Shown: positions 12,853 to 27,135 of the stretch, in pieces
Layout: each line of letters opens with the position of its first letter
Position numbering within the stretch: the stretch's first letter is position 1
DNA from: Convolutriloba macropyga
Lineage: Eukaryota
DNA: 64,000 nucleotides
Direction: 5' to 3'
Assembly (NCBI RefSeq): GCF_964194025.1
Contig: NC_134476.1
Span: 27,280,001 to 27,344,000, forward strand
Notes under the pieces: generated by a model
What the model saw: only the letters and a program-made list of their open reading frames with translations
Database searches by the model: none
Told to the model about the DNA's origin: nothing
Position numbers and translations under genes: made by a program

Positions 12853-13372
12853 ATAGCCGGCAGATTGCCGGAAAATAAGCAGAGATAGTCGCTTGTGGCC
12901 TTCCATGAATTGAAACAACTAAAGAAATAAGATAGACAGATCGACCCCCAGTCCTTCAATCGACCACTAGACTTTTTGGGTTAGAATCGGACTGTCAATT
13001 TTATGACACATACGGCCTATAAGGAAAAAGCCCTAAAAAGCTTTTTCAAAATTTGAAATCAAAAACTCAAAAATAATACTCAAGAATTGGCATATAAATT
13101 TGGCACTACTTAGATGCACACTATTGATCTTCAACTAGTAAAGGTTCATAAAATTATCGTAAAAGTTCCATAAGTGAGTTCAGAAGTCATTTAATTGAAT
13201 GAGGTAAGTCACGCAATTGACCTTAAAGCAGAAATAACGTCACATGCACAAAATTTATTTGCAAAACAGTAAAAGTCACTGAATTGAAAAAGTGAATTCC
13301 AAGAAGTTGATGAAGACGACGCATTTAAAAACCATAATGTCACCAATAATAGCCGTTATCTCTTCGCAGCTA
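12853..13372 (-). mobile_element. HINE/Helentron-like family A copy
   Basis: Hairpin CCGGCAGATTGCCGG at left; AATAGCCG..CGCAGCTA at right; body nearly collinear with 8010-8450 and 20576-21080. Confidence 0.6.
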
Positions 13373-16300
13373 CAAAAATAACTATTGTCTGTTGTAGTAT
13401 TATTTTTGTAACCAACAGGTGAGGGAAAAGTAAACGCACGGTTGCACAGTTTTAGAAACTTCGCTTCACATAATTCTAGATGTGTTTTCTATAATACTTA
13501 ATGAAATCTGCATTGAAAGCTAATGAAAGCAATTATAGATAACTTAGTTGGTTGTCTATAGCATATAGCAATCAACCACATCAACGATTAGGTTACGTAA
13601 AGAAGAGAATCTGGAGGAGATTGCCATGGACATCACTTAGACGATTAATTTCTCAGTGTCAACCGCCCACGCTCCTTCAAGCAGACGAATAGTAAAGCCT
13701 TTCTGACGACAGAGCTGCCTGCTCGTTGAACCCTTGAGAAAATTTGCAGTAACTTGAAGGGCGATACCTTGACATTCTATTCAAGTGGATTAATACTTTT
13801 CTGTTTGGTTTGTGGAGTGAACACCGACGAGCTCTTCACATCTGCAATCTTGATTAAAATATATTGACCGATCAAGTATTAGTTAGACTTATCAATTAGT
13901 TGACTTGAGAACCTCGTATAGTTCCCAATCTTAGAGTCATCACTAAACATATTTGGTAATAACGTTCTTGAGCACTATAGAATATCACTCAACGTAAAGA
14001 GGTATTAAAACATGTTCTTTTATATAAACTTTATGCTTTTGGCTTGAGTAAAGTACCCTAACTCCTTGACTCACTTAATTTAGAGATGGAACGGTAGGCT
14101 TGGTATAACCCTTTACTCTATTTAAGAGCAGTAGGCTAGTGAAGTTACTAGCCTTTCCAGTAGCGCTTTCTTCGACTGGAATATTCCAGGAGATATCTGG
14201 AATTAGGAAAACGAGAGACCTGCATCCTAAATATTCAAATTCTATATAACTTCTAATAAACAAAATAATTGGTAGCTCGCCAGAAAATATCCGCAATACC
14301 GCAATAGCTCCATAGATCTGCAGCGAACAAAAACAGTAAAAAGGCAGACCAGAAAATTACTCTTCAATAAAGGTAAAGATGTTACATTTTTTGATAAAAA
14401 ATCTGTATAAGTTAATGCTGCCTCTAATAGACGCTCCCAAATAACCTTCATTTAGAGTGACACACTCACTTGACCTTATCTCTTTGAATTAAAGTAACGA
14501 AGAGTCAATTTCAAAGTGATGAAGTCATTTTTGAGAGTGAGGTAAGTCACGTGCGATCAATGACTTTGTGATCAAAGAGTGAAAAATGACGCCACGCACA
14601 CACTTCAAATAAAAATGCATGAACGAATGAGCATAAAGTAGATTTCAAGTGATTGTGACGTCAAATGGACGTCGTCACAAAAGAACTACAAACTACTTTT
14701 TAAACCGACTGGTTCCTGTTCCTACTGACTAAAAACAAAAAATCAGTAAACATGAAGATAAAAAAATTACATTACTCCTATATGTAAAATTAGCCAAATC
14801 TTTGTACCCAGTCGAAAACCTACGCGAGCGGCAAAAGTCAAGTCATTCTAGGCTCCCCAAACTTAAATTTGGAGAAAAGTTGAACATAGCAAGAAATGAC
14901 AAAATGTTATTAATTTATCAATTTAGGTAAACTCTTTCAATCGAAACGCTATTTTGCAATATCAAAACAGGAATCAATTGGTAAAAAATGACCCTTTGCC
15001 ACTTTAACAATAAACACTAGTATATAATAAAACGCTTTAAATCACAATGAACGCGATAAAACAAAGCATTGACCAAAAACAAATCAAATCGAAATTAATC
15101 ATGAAAAAGAGTAAAGAGGCAGAACAACATTCCAACGCAAAAATTCGTATGATATTAAAACCCAGACCTAAGAATATTTGCACAAAAAGAGTGTAGTTCA
15201 GAATTTTTAAAAAGGAAGCTAGGAAAAATTATATGATATTATATGCCATATTATGATAAACAAAATCAATTGCAAACAAAAAATCAAAGAAAAAAAACAA
15301 AAAAATATAAATTAATTAATCAGGGCCAAAAGAAATATAGGCGTTAGGAGAATGTTAGAAAGAAACATGCTAGAATGTGGAGAATAAATACATTGATAAA
15401 AATATTAGATAAGACAAATTCGCAATTACTGAGAAAACAAAAAATTAAATTGGAAACCCTAATTAAACAAAATGACAAAAAGTTGAGGTAAAAAAACATT
15501 GATTTACTGTTATTAGGCTATCGAGGTTTAAGAACATTACATAGCCATCTTCCTGTGTCAGTAAGAAGTGGAAACAGCTCAAATGCGACAGTAAAACAAT
15601 TTGAAAAAAAAATGTTCAAAATATGGTTAAAAATGTTCCCTGAATTTTAAAGAGTTACAGCCAAAAACAAATCAATTAGAAACCAAAAACACCGAGGAAA
15701 CCGAGAGACTTTTTTAAGTAAATACAATGAAAGACCAAACAAAAAAATTAGAAAACTTTGACAAAAACCAGATAAGTATGTGTACAAAATCGGATTAGTA
15801 TGTGTACAATTTTATAAAAACAAATTACCTCACGTCAAAAAGAGACCTCCAATTCAGAAATTATCAAAAAGACGTTGACATATTTACTAATTTCGTCAAA
15901 AAGTCCATTCGAAGAGCCAAAATGAAGAAAAACTCAAAAATTGACAGAAAAAATTAGGAATTATGTGCCAATTTTGAACTTTAAACGCATTAAGCTACCA
16001 GAAACATTGGTATCGATTTCAGATTGTTTCATATGCAAACGGCACCGATCAAAATTTTCTACAAAAAAATCCAGGTTACAAAAAAAAATTCGGCCGAATG
16101 GACGAAAAACTCTCATCTATATGCGCCAATCTCTCAAAAACTCTTTTCAAATTCAAAAAGTCATTCACTGAACGCAGCGCATGAACAAAAAACTTCTCTC
16201 GCTCAGAAAAAATTAATTCACACGGCAATTTTACTCACTTTTAAGATTAGGTCAAAACGCCGCCTGAACAAATAGTACTTCCGGTAAAAAAAAACCTTAA

Positions 16301-16628
16301 GAAAACCAATACTCCTCTTCGAGTCGTACAAAAACCAAGAGAAGGCCAATAAGAGCCCCAGCTATTGCTGTGCGGCTATTAAAAAGAGGACCAAAATATA
16401 GAACATCGTGGAACCTGACGGTTTACGTTTTTCGTTTTAGACCGAAGAGAATATTCATTTCAACGCATTGCTTTCTATTTGAAAGATATGTTTCATTAAA
16501 GCTAACAATTTACAGCGACAACCGCATAATGCAAGTTTCTGCTATCTGGTTTTAATACATAAAACGTTCCATACTGGCATAATACATTTACAGTATTACA
16601 CAACTAATGAACATGCACAATCCCTGAC

Positions 16629-16846
16629 CTGAAATCGTCCTTGACACGTAGCTTCCTGTCTAGCACCAAGTCATACTCTCTGTTCTCTCTGTAGTCTCTC
16701 AGGTCTATCTGGTTGTCAATCACAAACCACCTGGCAGGGGATGAAATGTCTATCTGGTACCTGAGGACTGTGGCAGAAACTTGTGACATCACAACGAGAA
16801 CCCACGCTACGTAGCATACAGCTGTCACTATCTCGAAGTCGTCTAT
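16629..16846 (-). CDS. UVRAG: UVRAG coding exon 4
   Basis: TTTTAG|ATAGAC ... TTCAG|GTCAGG (phase 0 to 2). IDDFEIVTAVCYVAWVLVVMSQVSATVLRYQI aligns to [20 protein letters not shown]...PLRYPI. Confidence 0.85.
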
Positions 16847-19800
16847 CTAAAAGCGAGGTTTAAATGGACCGTTTGCTTATCCATTGAACAAGCTCATCCA
16901 CTAAACAATATTTTTGAAATTTCTGTTCGGAGCAATCAACACATATCAATCAAAAATTTAAGCAGAAAAGCCAGAACTAGAAAACCTATTTCAATTTTAA
17001 ACATTCAAGTTAAGTCCAATAAAAAACGGAAACATTTACCCCTCAAACTGTGCATTTGAGCCTTATCAGCAGCTTTGGTTAACCGTGTCTAGAAACGAGC
17101 ACTAGAACTCTAATCAAGGAGGCTCGCAAACCTATGCGTTCGCACTGACGTTCCGACCTTCCGCTCAAAGTTATGATCAAAAAGTAAACACACAGACTAC
17201 CGTCGGACGAATTGCTCTCAAACGACAGGCAAGCGGTTACTCCTTTGGTTGTAGCTAGCTTAACTTTAGACCTAGTCACAGTGTGGGGGTAGAAAAGTAG
17301 TAGTGCGGGGTAGAAAGAGGGGTCCCTCATCTATACTAATTCAAAATTTCCTTTCACGATTCACGCCGGTAAGTTTTGCCTACTCAACACCGGAGATCCT
17401 ACACTTAGAGCCTGCTAAAGATCTAAGCGATCTACTCGGACACACAATACCCCCCGCGCTTTTCCAGTTTATCTGTTTTCCAAGTCAGCTTCACTCGCTG
17501 AAGCATGTTGTTACAGAAAAGTAAAAACTTTCACGCATAAAAATTAAATACACAAAACAAAGCTGGTAGACTAGCGGAAGCGACTGGAAGAGTCGTCCAA
17601 TCAAAATTCAAGAAGATAGAAGCAACATCAAACTCAAAAAGAATGTACAAAAACAAAAAATTGATTGCCTAAGAAATAAAGAGGAGGTTAAGTAGCTGTT
17701 GTAGGAATCGGAGGGAGCTAACTTGAAGGATAGAAGTGCAATTGGACCAAAACTTCTTGAAATTACCATTTTAAACTGAATTTTCCAGTTGTTCCTTTCT
17801 TACTGTACATAAGAAACTAAGCTGCTGTTAAAGTCTATTTGAAGAAAACAGACGTCAACGTTCTAAAAACAAGTAAGTGTTCGAAAAGAAAGAAATTAAA
17901 GTTCAAGTAATGAAACATTTTTCCGCTAAAAACCAAGAGATACCAATAAACTTCTTCTACAAAGGAAACATGTTTACTAAAATGGCATCAATATTCGATG
18001 GAGAGCAATCAACAATTTTAACTTCTCGATTGGAAAATACCGCAGAAATTCAGCACAAAGAATTACGTATTTCGCAATCACGACGTTAAATCGAACTTAA
18101 TTCAGTCTCAAGTCAATTGCCTCCAAATACGAATCATACAGGCTCTTTATCGCCTGAGTACGATCATCTTTAAGTCAACAAAGAAACATAAACTGACCAA
18201 GGTCGGACAAATTGCTCTCTAACCACAGTCGGGGCAAGTCTAAATCAGAGGGGGCTGTAGCGTAGATAATTTCTTTAAAACTTCTATGGAGGAAAAGATT
18301 GAATCACTGACCTCAGGAGTAAAAGCCAGGCATTATTAACTCGAATATTATGGCCTTGTGATACTTTATCTTACAATAGCTTTTGTTTTAGCAACAAACT
18401 TGAATTCTGAATAAGAGCAACTTAGGTTACGCAAATATCGAAGTCACGCGTGAGCAAGTCTCAAGAAGTGAAATCGAACAAATGTTCTAGAACAAAACAA
18501 TCAAGCAAAATTTCTGCATCAAAAAGACACACATATTTACAATATTTGCTCAGAACTTCGTTCAAGAGCTATTAAAAATATGCGAACAACTTAGGGTAGT
18601 GAAAAACAAATTTTCAAAAAGAGTACGGTCATTTTACTTCCCTAAAGAATAATAATAGGCCAGGCTACTTTATGACCTGAGCTTATGAGACAGCTCTTTA
18701 AATTTACTATAATTGATGGCATAATTGCATTTACTTTTCATCACAATAAACATCTGTAAAAATTGAAAATTAAATAAGAACAATACTCCAAGAACAATTG
18801 TTTTGAATAATCACATACTTACGAGCTACAGTGAGAGGGATCTTTGGCTACACGGGGTCCTTACGGCCTGAACGATGTGCAGGGATAAGGATGGGGGTGA
18901 AGTGAGGAGGGCTGATGTGGGGGGCAACCTCTAAGGACCACCCTTACCCCCATACACCATAAGCATAAGTCTTCAAAACAGTTTCTGTGAACCGCATACT
19001 TGGACACTAGTGAGCTGAAAGGCTCCAAGAGAACTTAATACCGGCTGAGCGCTACCTGTTAATCTCGTTTATGGGCACAAAAAGTCAAATGGGTCAGACG
19101 AAAAATTGGTCAGGCAAAAAAATTGCAGTAAAAAAGTCCTAGACAGGACTAATATAATTGCTACAAACTTCGTTTGAGAGGAATTTAACTTGTTAAAAAA
19201 TTTTACATTTAGGAATAAAATTATACAGAGCTCTTTAAAATTTTGTTTTATATTCACCTGAAAACTGCCTCACCACTGCCTGCTGTTCTGTTTCATGGTC
19301 AACTAATGATATCTTCAAAAAGCTCAGTTTTCATGGGTGGTTCTTTTTCAATAAAACCTTATTGTTGCAGAATATTGTCGACTAACGTCGAGATAATTAC
19401 TCTTAAACGACTGGTTAGCAGTTGGATACGGTGGTAGCAAGCTATTTTTGTTTCAGTGAGGCGCAAGCTTAAGCTTGAAAGAGAAAAAGAGGCGTGGGTC
19501 AGTAGTAGCAATGGTTGGGCAGACTAATAAAGCTCTGAGAACTGCTCAACACCTTAATGCTCTCCTGGCTTTACCTGTTTGTCCCTTCTTGAGGACAAGA
19601 AGTCAAACGCATCAAACAAAAATTTATCAAGCAAAAATTTGCACAACCCACAGGACTATATAATTGCTACAAACTTAGTTTGAGAGCAATAAATAAAAAA
19701 AATTGTCTCACATACATTTTAGGTTGAAAAAATTCGGCATTCTTCAATTGTGCATTTATCTACCAACATTTTTAGAGCAACCACTAAAGAGCTCTGAGAT

Positions 19801-19926
19801 TTACAAATCCTTTTCTACGTTGTTTTATGGAATAACGTATAAAAACGATTCAGATTTTATCCGTTTACTGTTAGGGGAAACCTTATTCTTCAATTAGAAA
19901 ACAAAATTCATACCATAAATAAATAA

Positions 19927-20332
19927 TGTCGCATGACAAATTGCTCTCAAACGACAGGCAAGGAGTTGGCTTTGGTATTAACTAGCTTATGCTTAGAGAG
20001 GTTATGTTCACTGGAGAGACAACTGGGGCACAAAATTTCACTCTCAACCATGAGCTATAGGCTTACAGTTCGGAGACGGTTGGATAGTTGCGCTGACCGG
20101 CGGCCGCCGCGAGGGGGGGGGGGGAGTAAGTGCGCGGGAGTTTAACGAGAAGGGATTTAAAAGAACGTCTCAGACTTAATCAGTTTTAAAGGTTAGTCGG
20201 TTTTCGCGACCAAAAGTCACAACAAATTGCTGGTCAGACTAAAAAACTATCAGACGAAAAATCAGAAGTCCAAAAAATGGCACAAAGACCAACAGCAATA
20301 TAATTGCTACTATACTTCGTTTCAGAGCAATT
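19927..20332 (-). mobile_element. HINE/Helentron-like family B copy
   Basis: Hairpin TGTCGCATGACA plus AATTGCTCTCAAACGA ... TCGTTTCAGAGCAATT. Confidence 0.55.
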
Positions 20333-20575
20333 TAAAACCACTCTTTAATTTGCAAAAAAAACTAACCTGTAGGAGCTTTCGAATGCTGCCACTCATGTCT
20401 TGTTTCGATCAATATTTAGAGGTTCGAAACGAGAGAGCAAAAAAACGGCCTAGCGTACACAATTAATTGGAACCTCAAATTAACGCGTTTTGCATTATCT
20501 TGTTTCATTTGACAATATTTCCAATCGCAAAATAACAAAATCGCATAAGAACAACAATCCGAAAATAATATAAAA

Positions 20576-21666
20576 ATAGCCGGCAGATTGCCGGAAAATC
20601 GCCGCGATGGACGTTTGTGTCCTTGCATGAATTGAAGCAACTAGATAAATAAGATCGAAAGATTGACCACCAGTCCTTTAACAGACCACTATACTTTTTG
20701 GTTAGATTCAGACTCATTTTTATCAGACACATTTGCTCTATAAAGAAAAAGCACTAATGGAGCTTTTTCAAAATTAATATTTGAAATCAAAAACTCAAGA
20801 CTCTAATACTCGAGAATTAGAGCATATACGTTTGGCACTACTTAGATTCACACTATTGACCTTTAACTAGTAATTGTCCATAAAATTTAAAGTTGATTAA
20901 GCGAGTCCAGAAGTCATGTTTTTGAATGAGGTAAGTCACGCAATTGACATAAAAGCAGAACAAATTGCGTCACTCACACAAATTTTAACTGCAGAGCAGT
21001 AGAAATCACCGAAATTGAAAAAAGTCAACTCCAAGAAGTTGGTCGCAAGAATCATCGATGAAGACGACAATTAAAAAACATAGCAGCACAAAACCTGGCG
21101 TACAATTCAGAGAATTTTCATTGACTAAACAAAAAACTAGACCTAGAACAGGCTATGAGTTCATTGAGAAAACCATTTCTTAAAAAATCAGATAACAATA
21201 ACGTAAACTCAAATGTCAAAATGCCGCATATGAACAAAAAATCACTCGCGAGAAATGGAAATTTGGTACAAACAAAAAACAAGGCCTAGAATGAACTATG
21301 AATGTATTAGGAAAACCAATTAGAAAAAAATCCGATCCAAAAAATCGAAAAAAAAACAGTAAAAAATGAAATTGCCGCATGTGAACAAAAAACCACAAGC
21401 CAAAAACAGAATTTTTGTTCAAACACCGTTTTCTCTCTACTTTAAAATTGGAGCGAAAAAGTTTCACGCCGCAAAACCACTCGCTTTTTCGCTCCACTTC
21501 CTGTTTCGGCGTGACCACAATCACTACTCCAAAATCACTTCAAAAATTATGAAAACGTGTAAACAGATCTCTAAAAAAAGTCAGCGCCCCAATACAATTC
21601 AAATTTTTTGAATTGTAAAAAAACCACGATGTCCCCAATAAAAGTCGCTATCGCTTCGCGGCTATT
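20576..21666 (-). mobile_element. HINE/Helentron-like family A copy
   Basis: ATAGCCGGCAGATTGCCGGAAAATCGCCGC ... CGCGGCTATT. Confidence 0.65.
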
Positions 21667-21730
21667 AAAAATAAATTGAGATCAATGAATCAGGTAAGAG
21701 TTACATAATATAAATGAACGATTGATGAAC

Positions 21731-22634
21731 ATAGCTGGCAGATTGCCAGAAAATAGCCGCAATAGATTTGTAGATCGACAGTCTAAAAAAAACAGTAAAA
21801 AAGACAGACCAAAAAAATTCGTCTTTTCATTGAGGGCTGATCTGTTATATTTTGATTGAAAATCTGTATAAATTATTTCTGCCTCTATTAGCTGATCTCA
21901 AAAAACCTTCATTTAGAGTGACACACACCCATTTGACCTTATCTCTTTGAATTAAAGTAAATAAAAGTCGATTTCAAAGTGAGGAAGTCATTTTTGAGAG
22001 TGAGGTAAGTCAAGTGTGACCAAAAATTTAATCACTCGCATGAACAAAAAAACTCGCTCCACTAAGAGCGAAAAATGACGTCACACATGCAATTCAGTTG
22101 AAATTGCATGAATGAATGAACAAAAAGTGGCTGTGACGTCATATGGTCGTAACAAAAATCATGACGACGAAATAAAAAAACATAGCAGGACAAGTCCTGA
22201 CGTACAATTCAAAGATTTTTCATTGACTAAACAGAAAACTAGACCTAGAAAGGACTATGAATGGATTGGAAAAACCATTTAGAAAAAAATCCGATCTAAA
22301 AAATCGAAAAAACAGAAAAAATCAAAACGAAATTGCCGCATGTGAACAAAAAACCACTAGCGAGAAAGCGAATTTTTGTTCAAACACCGTTTTCGCACTC
22401 TACTTTAAATTCAGAGCGAAAAAATTTCACGCCGCAAAACCACTCGCTTTTTCGCTCCACTTCCTGTTTCGGCGTGACCAAAATCACTACTCCAATTTGA
22501 CTTCAAAAATCGTGAAAATGTGTGAACAGATCTTAAAAAAAAAAAGACAGCGCCCCAATACAATTCAAATTCTTTGAATTGTAAAAAACCAAGAGAAGGC
22601 CAATAATAGTCCCAGCTATCGCTGTGCGGCTATT
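21731..22634 (-). mobile_element. HINE/Helentron-like family A copy
   Basis: Hairpin CTGGCAGATTGCCAG plus AATAGCCGC at left; AATAGTCCCAGCTATCGCTGTGCGGCTATT at right. Confidence 0.65.
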
Positions 22635-22694
22635 AATAAAATATTAATTCATAGTCACTTATAGCAAATTGTTACGTTAATAGCATTAACAGAC

Positions 22695-23089
22695 CTTGGA
22701 TACGTCAATACTCCTAGCTCCATTTTTCGCCATATGGTAACCGGGATCAAACACTTCAGATTTGGGGAGCCACAACCCACATATGTACCATTGCTTATCA
22801 TCCACAGAATGATTACCCTCTCTAGGCTGATTGTGGGCTCGATTACTGGATCCAAACATCGGGATCCGGTTAATCAGAGATCCCATTTTGCCCACTTTGA
22901 GAGGCGAATGTGCTTTTTCCGTGATGTTGAAAATTCCCTGCAGTTCGTTCAGAATGTATCCCCGGACAAGCTGTTTCTTCTTGCGCACTATAGAGAAGTT
23001 GTTCTGAACTTTTCCGAGTTTGCTTCTGAGGTCTGTGATTGTCTCTTTACAGCTAACGTTGTCTTCTTTCAGACATTGGTTGGCCAGTT
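22695..23089 (-). CDS. UVRAG: UVRAG coding exon 3
   Basis: ATTTAG|AACTG ... AAG|GTCTGT (phase 1 to 0). ILNELQGIFNI...WYICGLWLPKSEVF matches LLSELSYIYPI...YFVCGVKLPNSEDF. Confidence 0.85.
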
Positions 23090-23717
23090 CTAAATCAAAT
23101 TAAACAGTTAAACGAAATAGTAGTTTTAGCTTCAATGTCTTTGTCTCGTAATGTCTTTGTCTTAGCTTCAATGTCGTTAGCTTCAATGTCTTTGTCTCTT
23201 ATTCCACTCAGTTATCTCCGATAATTAAACAGGTTTTTTAAACTAATTATTGGGAAGAAACCAACAAATTTTAACTAATTTGAAAACTTGATTTTCAAAA
23301 TAATATAAACAAAGGCTTGCATGAATTGTTTAATTTTTTTTCTGTTTTAAGTATCTTTAATCTTTTGGTTATCATCTAGTTTAATTGTTTCGAAAAAAAC
23401 TTTATCGGCAATTGCATGAAACCGAAAAATATTACACCTAGAATTTTTGCTCAAAGCAGTACATTAAGATCTCATACCAATCACCGTTTCATGAGCCTAA
23501 ACAAAGATCATATCAAACAACATGACCATGATCTCTTCTGCTTCGAAGCGAATCTTCGAAACTCTTACTATTAAGTAGCCAAGTACATGTTCGCTTTGAG
23601 TGCGAACATTATCTAATGTTTACAAAAAGGCCCAAAGTAATGTGCTTTATCAATGCAGTTGTCTATCACAATTGCAAGATGTGCATTTGACAGTTCAGTC
23701 TTCAACTATCACCTGAA

Positions 23718-24055
23718 ATGAAATTGCTGAAGATTGTGACTTTATTGTTTTCGACACTGGTATTATATCTCAACAACGCAAATTGTTCGGAGTCAAAAAC
23801 GCTTTCACATTTCTGCCAAAAGACGCTTCCAAAATTAAGGAAACAGTACAGTGACCTTGCAACTGAAATTGGGTATCTTTACTCATGCTGTGCCGAGATT
23901 TCGACTAAAACCCAAAATTCATGTTTACAAACAACCCTCGCGATTGTGCCCTTTGTAATGTTCAACCTGGAGTTCATGCTGGAAAGGTTGGAGACTGCAC
24001 GAGTAGCTCCCACGATAACCAAAGTTCCTAATATTGACGTCACTGCTCTGTCCAG
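23718..24055 (+). CDS. Annexin-like protein exon 1 (signal-peptide-like N-terminus, Cys-rich domain)
   Basis: MKLLKIVTLLFSTLVLYLNNANC..., ends PTITKVPNIDVTALS (annexin pre-core motif). Donor AG|GTGAAT, phase 2, compatible with exon 2. Confidence 0.75.
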
Positions 24056-24433
24056 GTGAATATTGATTGATAAGTATTAGCTACAGCTAAGAAGCAACAT
24101 GGTTAAACATAAACGACTACCGTCCTACGAATCGCTTTCAAATTTTGTTCGAGAGCATGTTTCATTAATATGAGTTCCGTAAGGTACAAGTGATAGTATT
24201 GGATCAAACAATTTAATCTTAATCAACGTCTGTCTTTCTACATCAAACCGATAAAGGATATTTCAATATCTGACAGACGAAAAGTTAAATTTCAGATTGA
24301 AAAAATTTGTCTGTAATTTAGACCAATTAGCTATCTTCATTCTCCGCTCAGAAAACTTCGACTTATATATTGTATTCTGAACTCATCCTAATTTCAATCC
24401 TGCCAGTTAATTTTTAAATTATGAATTTCAAAG

Positions 24434-24649
24434 AAAACTCCACAAAGCAATCGACGGATGGGGTACAGATGAGAATAAACTGATCAATGTCTTGTCAAGC
24501 ATCACTGGGAAGCAAAGAGTTCGACTGTCACTCAGGTACAAGGAGATGTACAAGTCATACCTCAAGAGTGACATCAGAGGAGATACATCAGGCAGTTTCA
24601 AAGACCTCCTCATTGCCCTAATGTACTTCCCCGAGGAACACGATGCATG
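24434..24649 (+). CDS. Annexin-like protein exon 2 (repeat 1)
   Basis: KLHKAIDGWGTDENKLINVL...QR...Y.EMY...L.SDIRGDTSGSFKDLLIALM; GxGT-38-D site intact. Not in the ORF track. Confidence 0.9.
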
Positions 24650-24844
24650 GTAGTATACAAAATTCATCCAGAAATGGTTGCATCACAACACATGAATCTT
24701 CACTCGCCAGCGGTTTGCTTGGCTTATCGTAGCCGGCAGATACCCGGCAAAATATCGTGATGCAGACATTTCCTAATTAATTTGAAAAATCCATTGCTCA
24801 GTTTTATCAATAAGCACAATTTCATTATAGCAAAAAAAAATAGC

Positions 24845-25420
24845 ACACTGCCCGCAAAAAAAATAGCAGTCAAAGTAAGTTAGCACCCCCCCCCCCATTT
24901 TTACGAAGTATAAATTCAATTTTTGAGGCAATATTACTCAAATCAACTTAAATCACATTTTAAAAACTATGTTTATACCATTGATGCCTACATGAGTCCT
25001 CTCGCCTACCTATACAACTCGGATAAAACGATCATTCACTTAGCAGAAAAATTCCAATGTGAATTTGATGAACGTCCTCCAAGTTTCACAGTAAAAAGAA
25101 AGTTATCACAAGATTATAATTTATTCACATCGTTTCTCTCTATAAGGTTTAACGCAAGCGCAAATTTTGCCATTGTTGCGCAAACCTGAAAACATCAAAT
25201 CTTGTGCCAACTTTTTACTGTTAAACTTGGCTGAAGTTCATCAACTTCAGATCGGAATTTCTAGTAAGTCAACGTTGCGTTTAGTCTTCGGAGTTTCGTA
25301 GATAGGGGATCAATGGTATAAAAATGTTTTCAAAATCTGATTTTAAGTTGGAGTAAGGTTGCCTCAAAAATTGCACTTCTTCGTGAATATAGGGATGCTA
25401 ATTTACTTTTGCCTTTCAGT
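24845..25420. mobile_element. Foldback MITE, Tc1/mariner-like
   Basis: Long diverged inverted arms (~250 bp), e.g. AATTTTTGAGGCAA / TTGCCTCAAAAATT and TATACCATTGAT / ATCAATGGTATA. Ends resemble Tc1 CACTG....CAAAA. Confidence 0.6.
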
Positions 25421-26179
25421 ATAATTATAATAAAAAACTAGACTTCGAGTGCCACGAAAATGTGTGAACATATCTTAGCACAACGCCCAAATACAATTCA
25501 AAATCTTAGAAATGTAAATAAAGGATGAATTGTAAAAAAAAAACATTTCAATGTGTCAGAGTCAAAACCATTAGCTGACCATTGTAAATCTATCAAACAC
25601 CATTTTCTTTGATTTCTCGCTCTGCTTTCAAAATTAGTGCAAAAAAAGCACGACGCAAAATCACTCATTTGATCATGCCGCAAACCTCTGGGCAAAGCAG
25701 CGACCCAAACCAGATTAAAATTATCTACTAAAAATAAACCGCGAGTTCCGAAATAAAGCTAATCTCAGCTCGCAGCTTTGATTTAAAAAAACCTGACTAG
25801 GAGTCTCTCTTCAACCGTGTGGTTCATTTTAACTCTAATTGCTTTTCATATTACGGCCGACCGGTTTAGGCTAAAGTATTTTTGTCGCCAGATATTTTCA
25901 AGAAAAGTAATCCGTGCGTCAAACTTATATAATAATAAAGCAAAAATCATTTCAAAAACATAACTGGAAGATTGCCAAAAAATAGCCGCAATAGCTTCGT
26001 AGATCTGCATTATCAAAAAGACAGTAACATAGCCAACAGATTGCCGGAATAGCTGCAAAAGAAGAGACTTGCGTGCCGTAAAATACAGATAGAAACAGTT
26101 GGAAAAAAGTCATTGTGGCCAAATTTTATTCAAAGGGTGTGTATATTTGAGAACAATTTTGGGTGCAAAAACTTTAGAC

Positions 26180-26258
26180 GAAGCAGAGGTTCGAACCCCC
26201 AATCGAACCCCCCAGAAGTGTAGGAACCGGCTGCATTTACCAATGGGCTACATGTCCC
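26180..26258 (-). repeat. tRNA-derived (SINE head-like) fragment
   Basis: Minus strand GGGACATGTAGCCCATTGGTAAA (A box-like) ... GGTTCGAACC (B box). No intact cloverleaf. Confidence 0.4.
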
Positions 26259-26959
26259 TTGTGCTCTATTAAATTATAAACAAATTTGTTTTAGCAACAG
26301 GTCAAATTCTGAATACAAGCAATTTAGGTCACGCGAAAGCAAGAAATTAAGCGTGAAAAAAGTCTGAAAACGTGAAGCGATAAAGTTCTAGAACAAAATG
26401 TAAAAAGAGCGTCAGACGACGAAACCAAAAAAACCAAGAGCACCGCAATATAGCTCCGCTCAGCTTACAGCTTTGTAGCTATAAAAAGAAACAGCAGCTA
26501 TGAAAAAAAAACAAATAGCCTTCAATTAGAATGGCACACATCCACTTGACCTTATCTCTGAATTAAAGTAAGAGAGAAGTCAAATTCAGAGTGAGGAATT
26601 CAACCTCTAAGAACCGCACTTCACATCATAAGTATGTCTCCAAAGCAGTTTCTGTGAATCGTATACTTTGAGACAAATGAGCTGAAAGGCTCTAAGATCA
26701 CTTAATACCCCCTGTGCGCTACCTGTTTATCCCGTTTTGGGGACGAAAAGTCAAATGGGTCAGACAAAAAATCGGTCAAGCGAAAAATTGCATTAAAAAA
26801 AGACCAACAGGACTAATATAATAGCTACAAAATTAGTTTAAGAGCAATTAGTCACGCCGACGAACAAAAAAATCGCTTCAATATGAGTGAAAAATGACGT
26901 CACACACAAAATTCAGTAGAAATTGCATTAAAGAATGAAGAATGCTAGTAACAAAAATC

Positions 26960-27135
26960 GGATCTATTCTGTTCTGCCCCCCCCCCCCCCGCAGCTTAGT
27001 GAGCTTAAATCTTTTATGACACCCAGGCGCACGTGCTATTTTCTTACATAGTAACGTGCTATATAACAAGATATAATTTGTAACTGGGGGTCAAAAAACA
27101 CTGGGGGGAGGGGGGGGGCGAAACAGAATAGATCC
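26960..27135. mobile_element. MITE with GG..CC termini and 8-bp TSD (Merlin/MULE-like)
   Basis: TIRs GGATCTATTCTGTT / AACAGAATAGATCC; TSD CAAAAATC at 26952-26959 and 27136-27143. Related copies at ~50731-50890 and ~52077-52243. Confidence 0.75.

Noticed and set aside
22257-22577. Recurring MNGL.KPFRKK ORFs (also 8656, 21366, 46365, 49669)
   Set aside because: Chance frames in family A repeats; lengths and frames vary and no domain is recognisable.
26180-26258. Functional tRNA gene
   Set aside because: Only A/B box-like motifs; duplicated GGTTCGA and no proper acceptor or anticodon stems.
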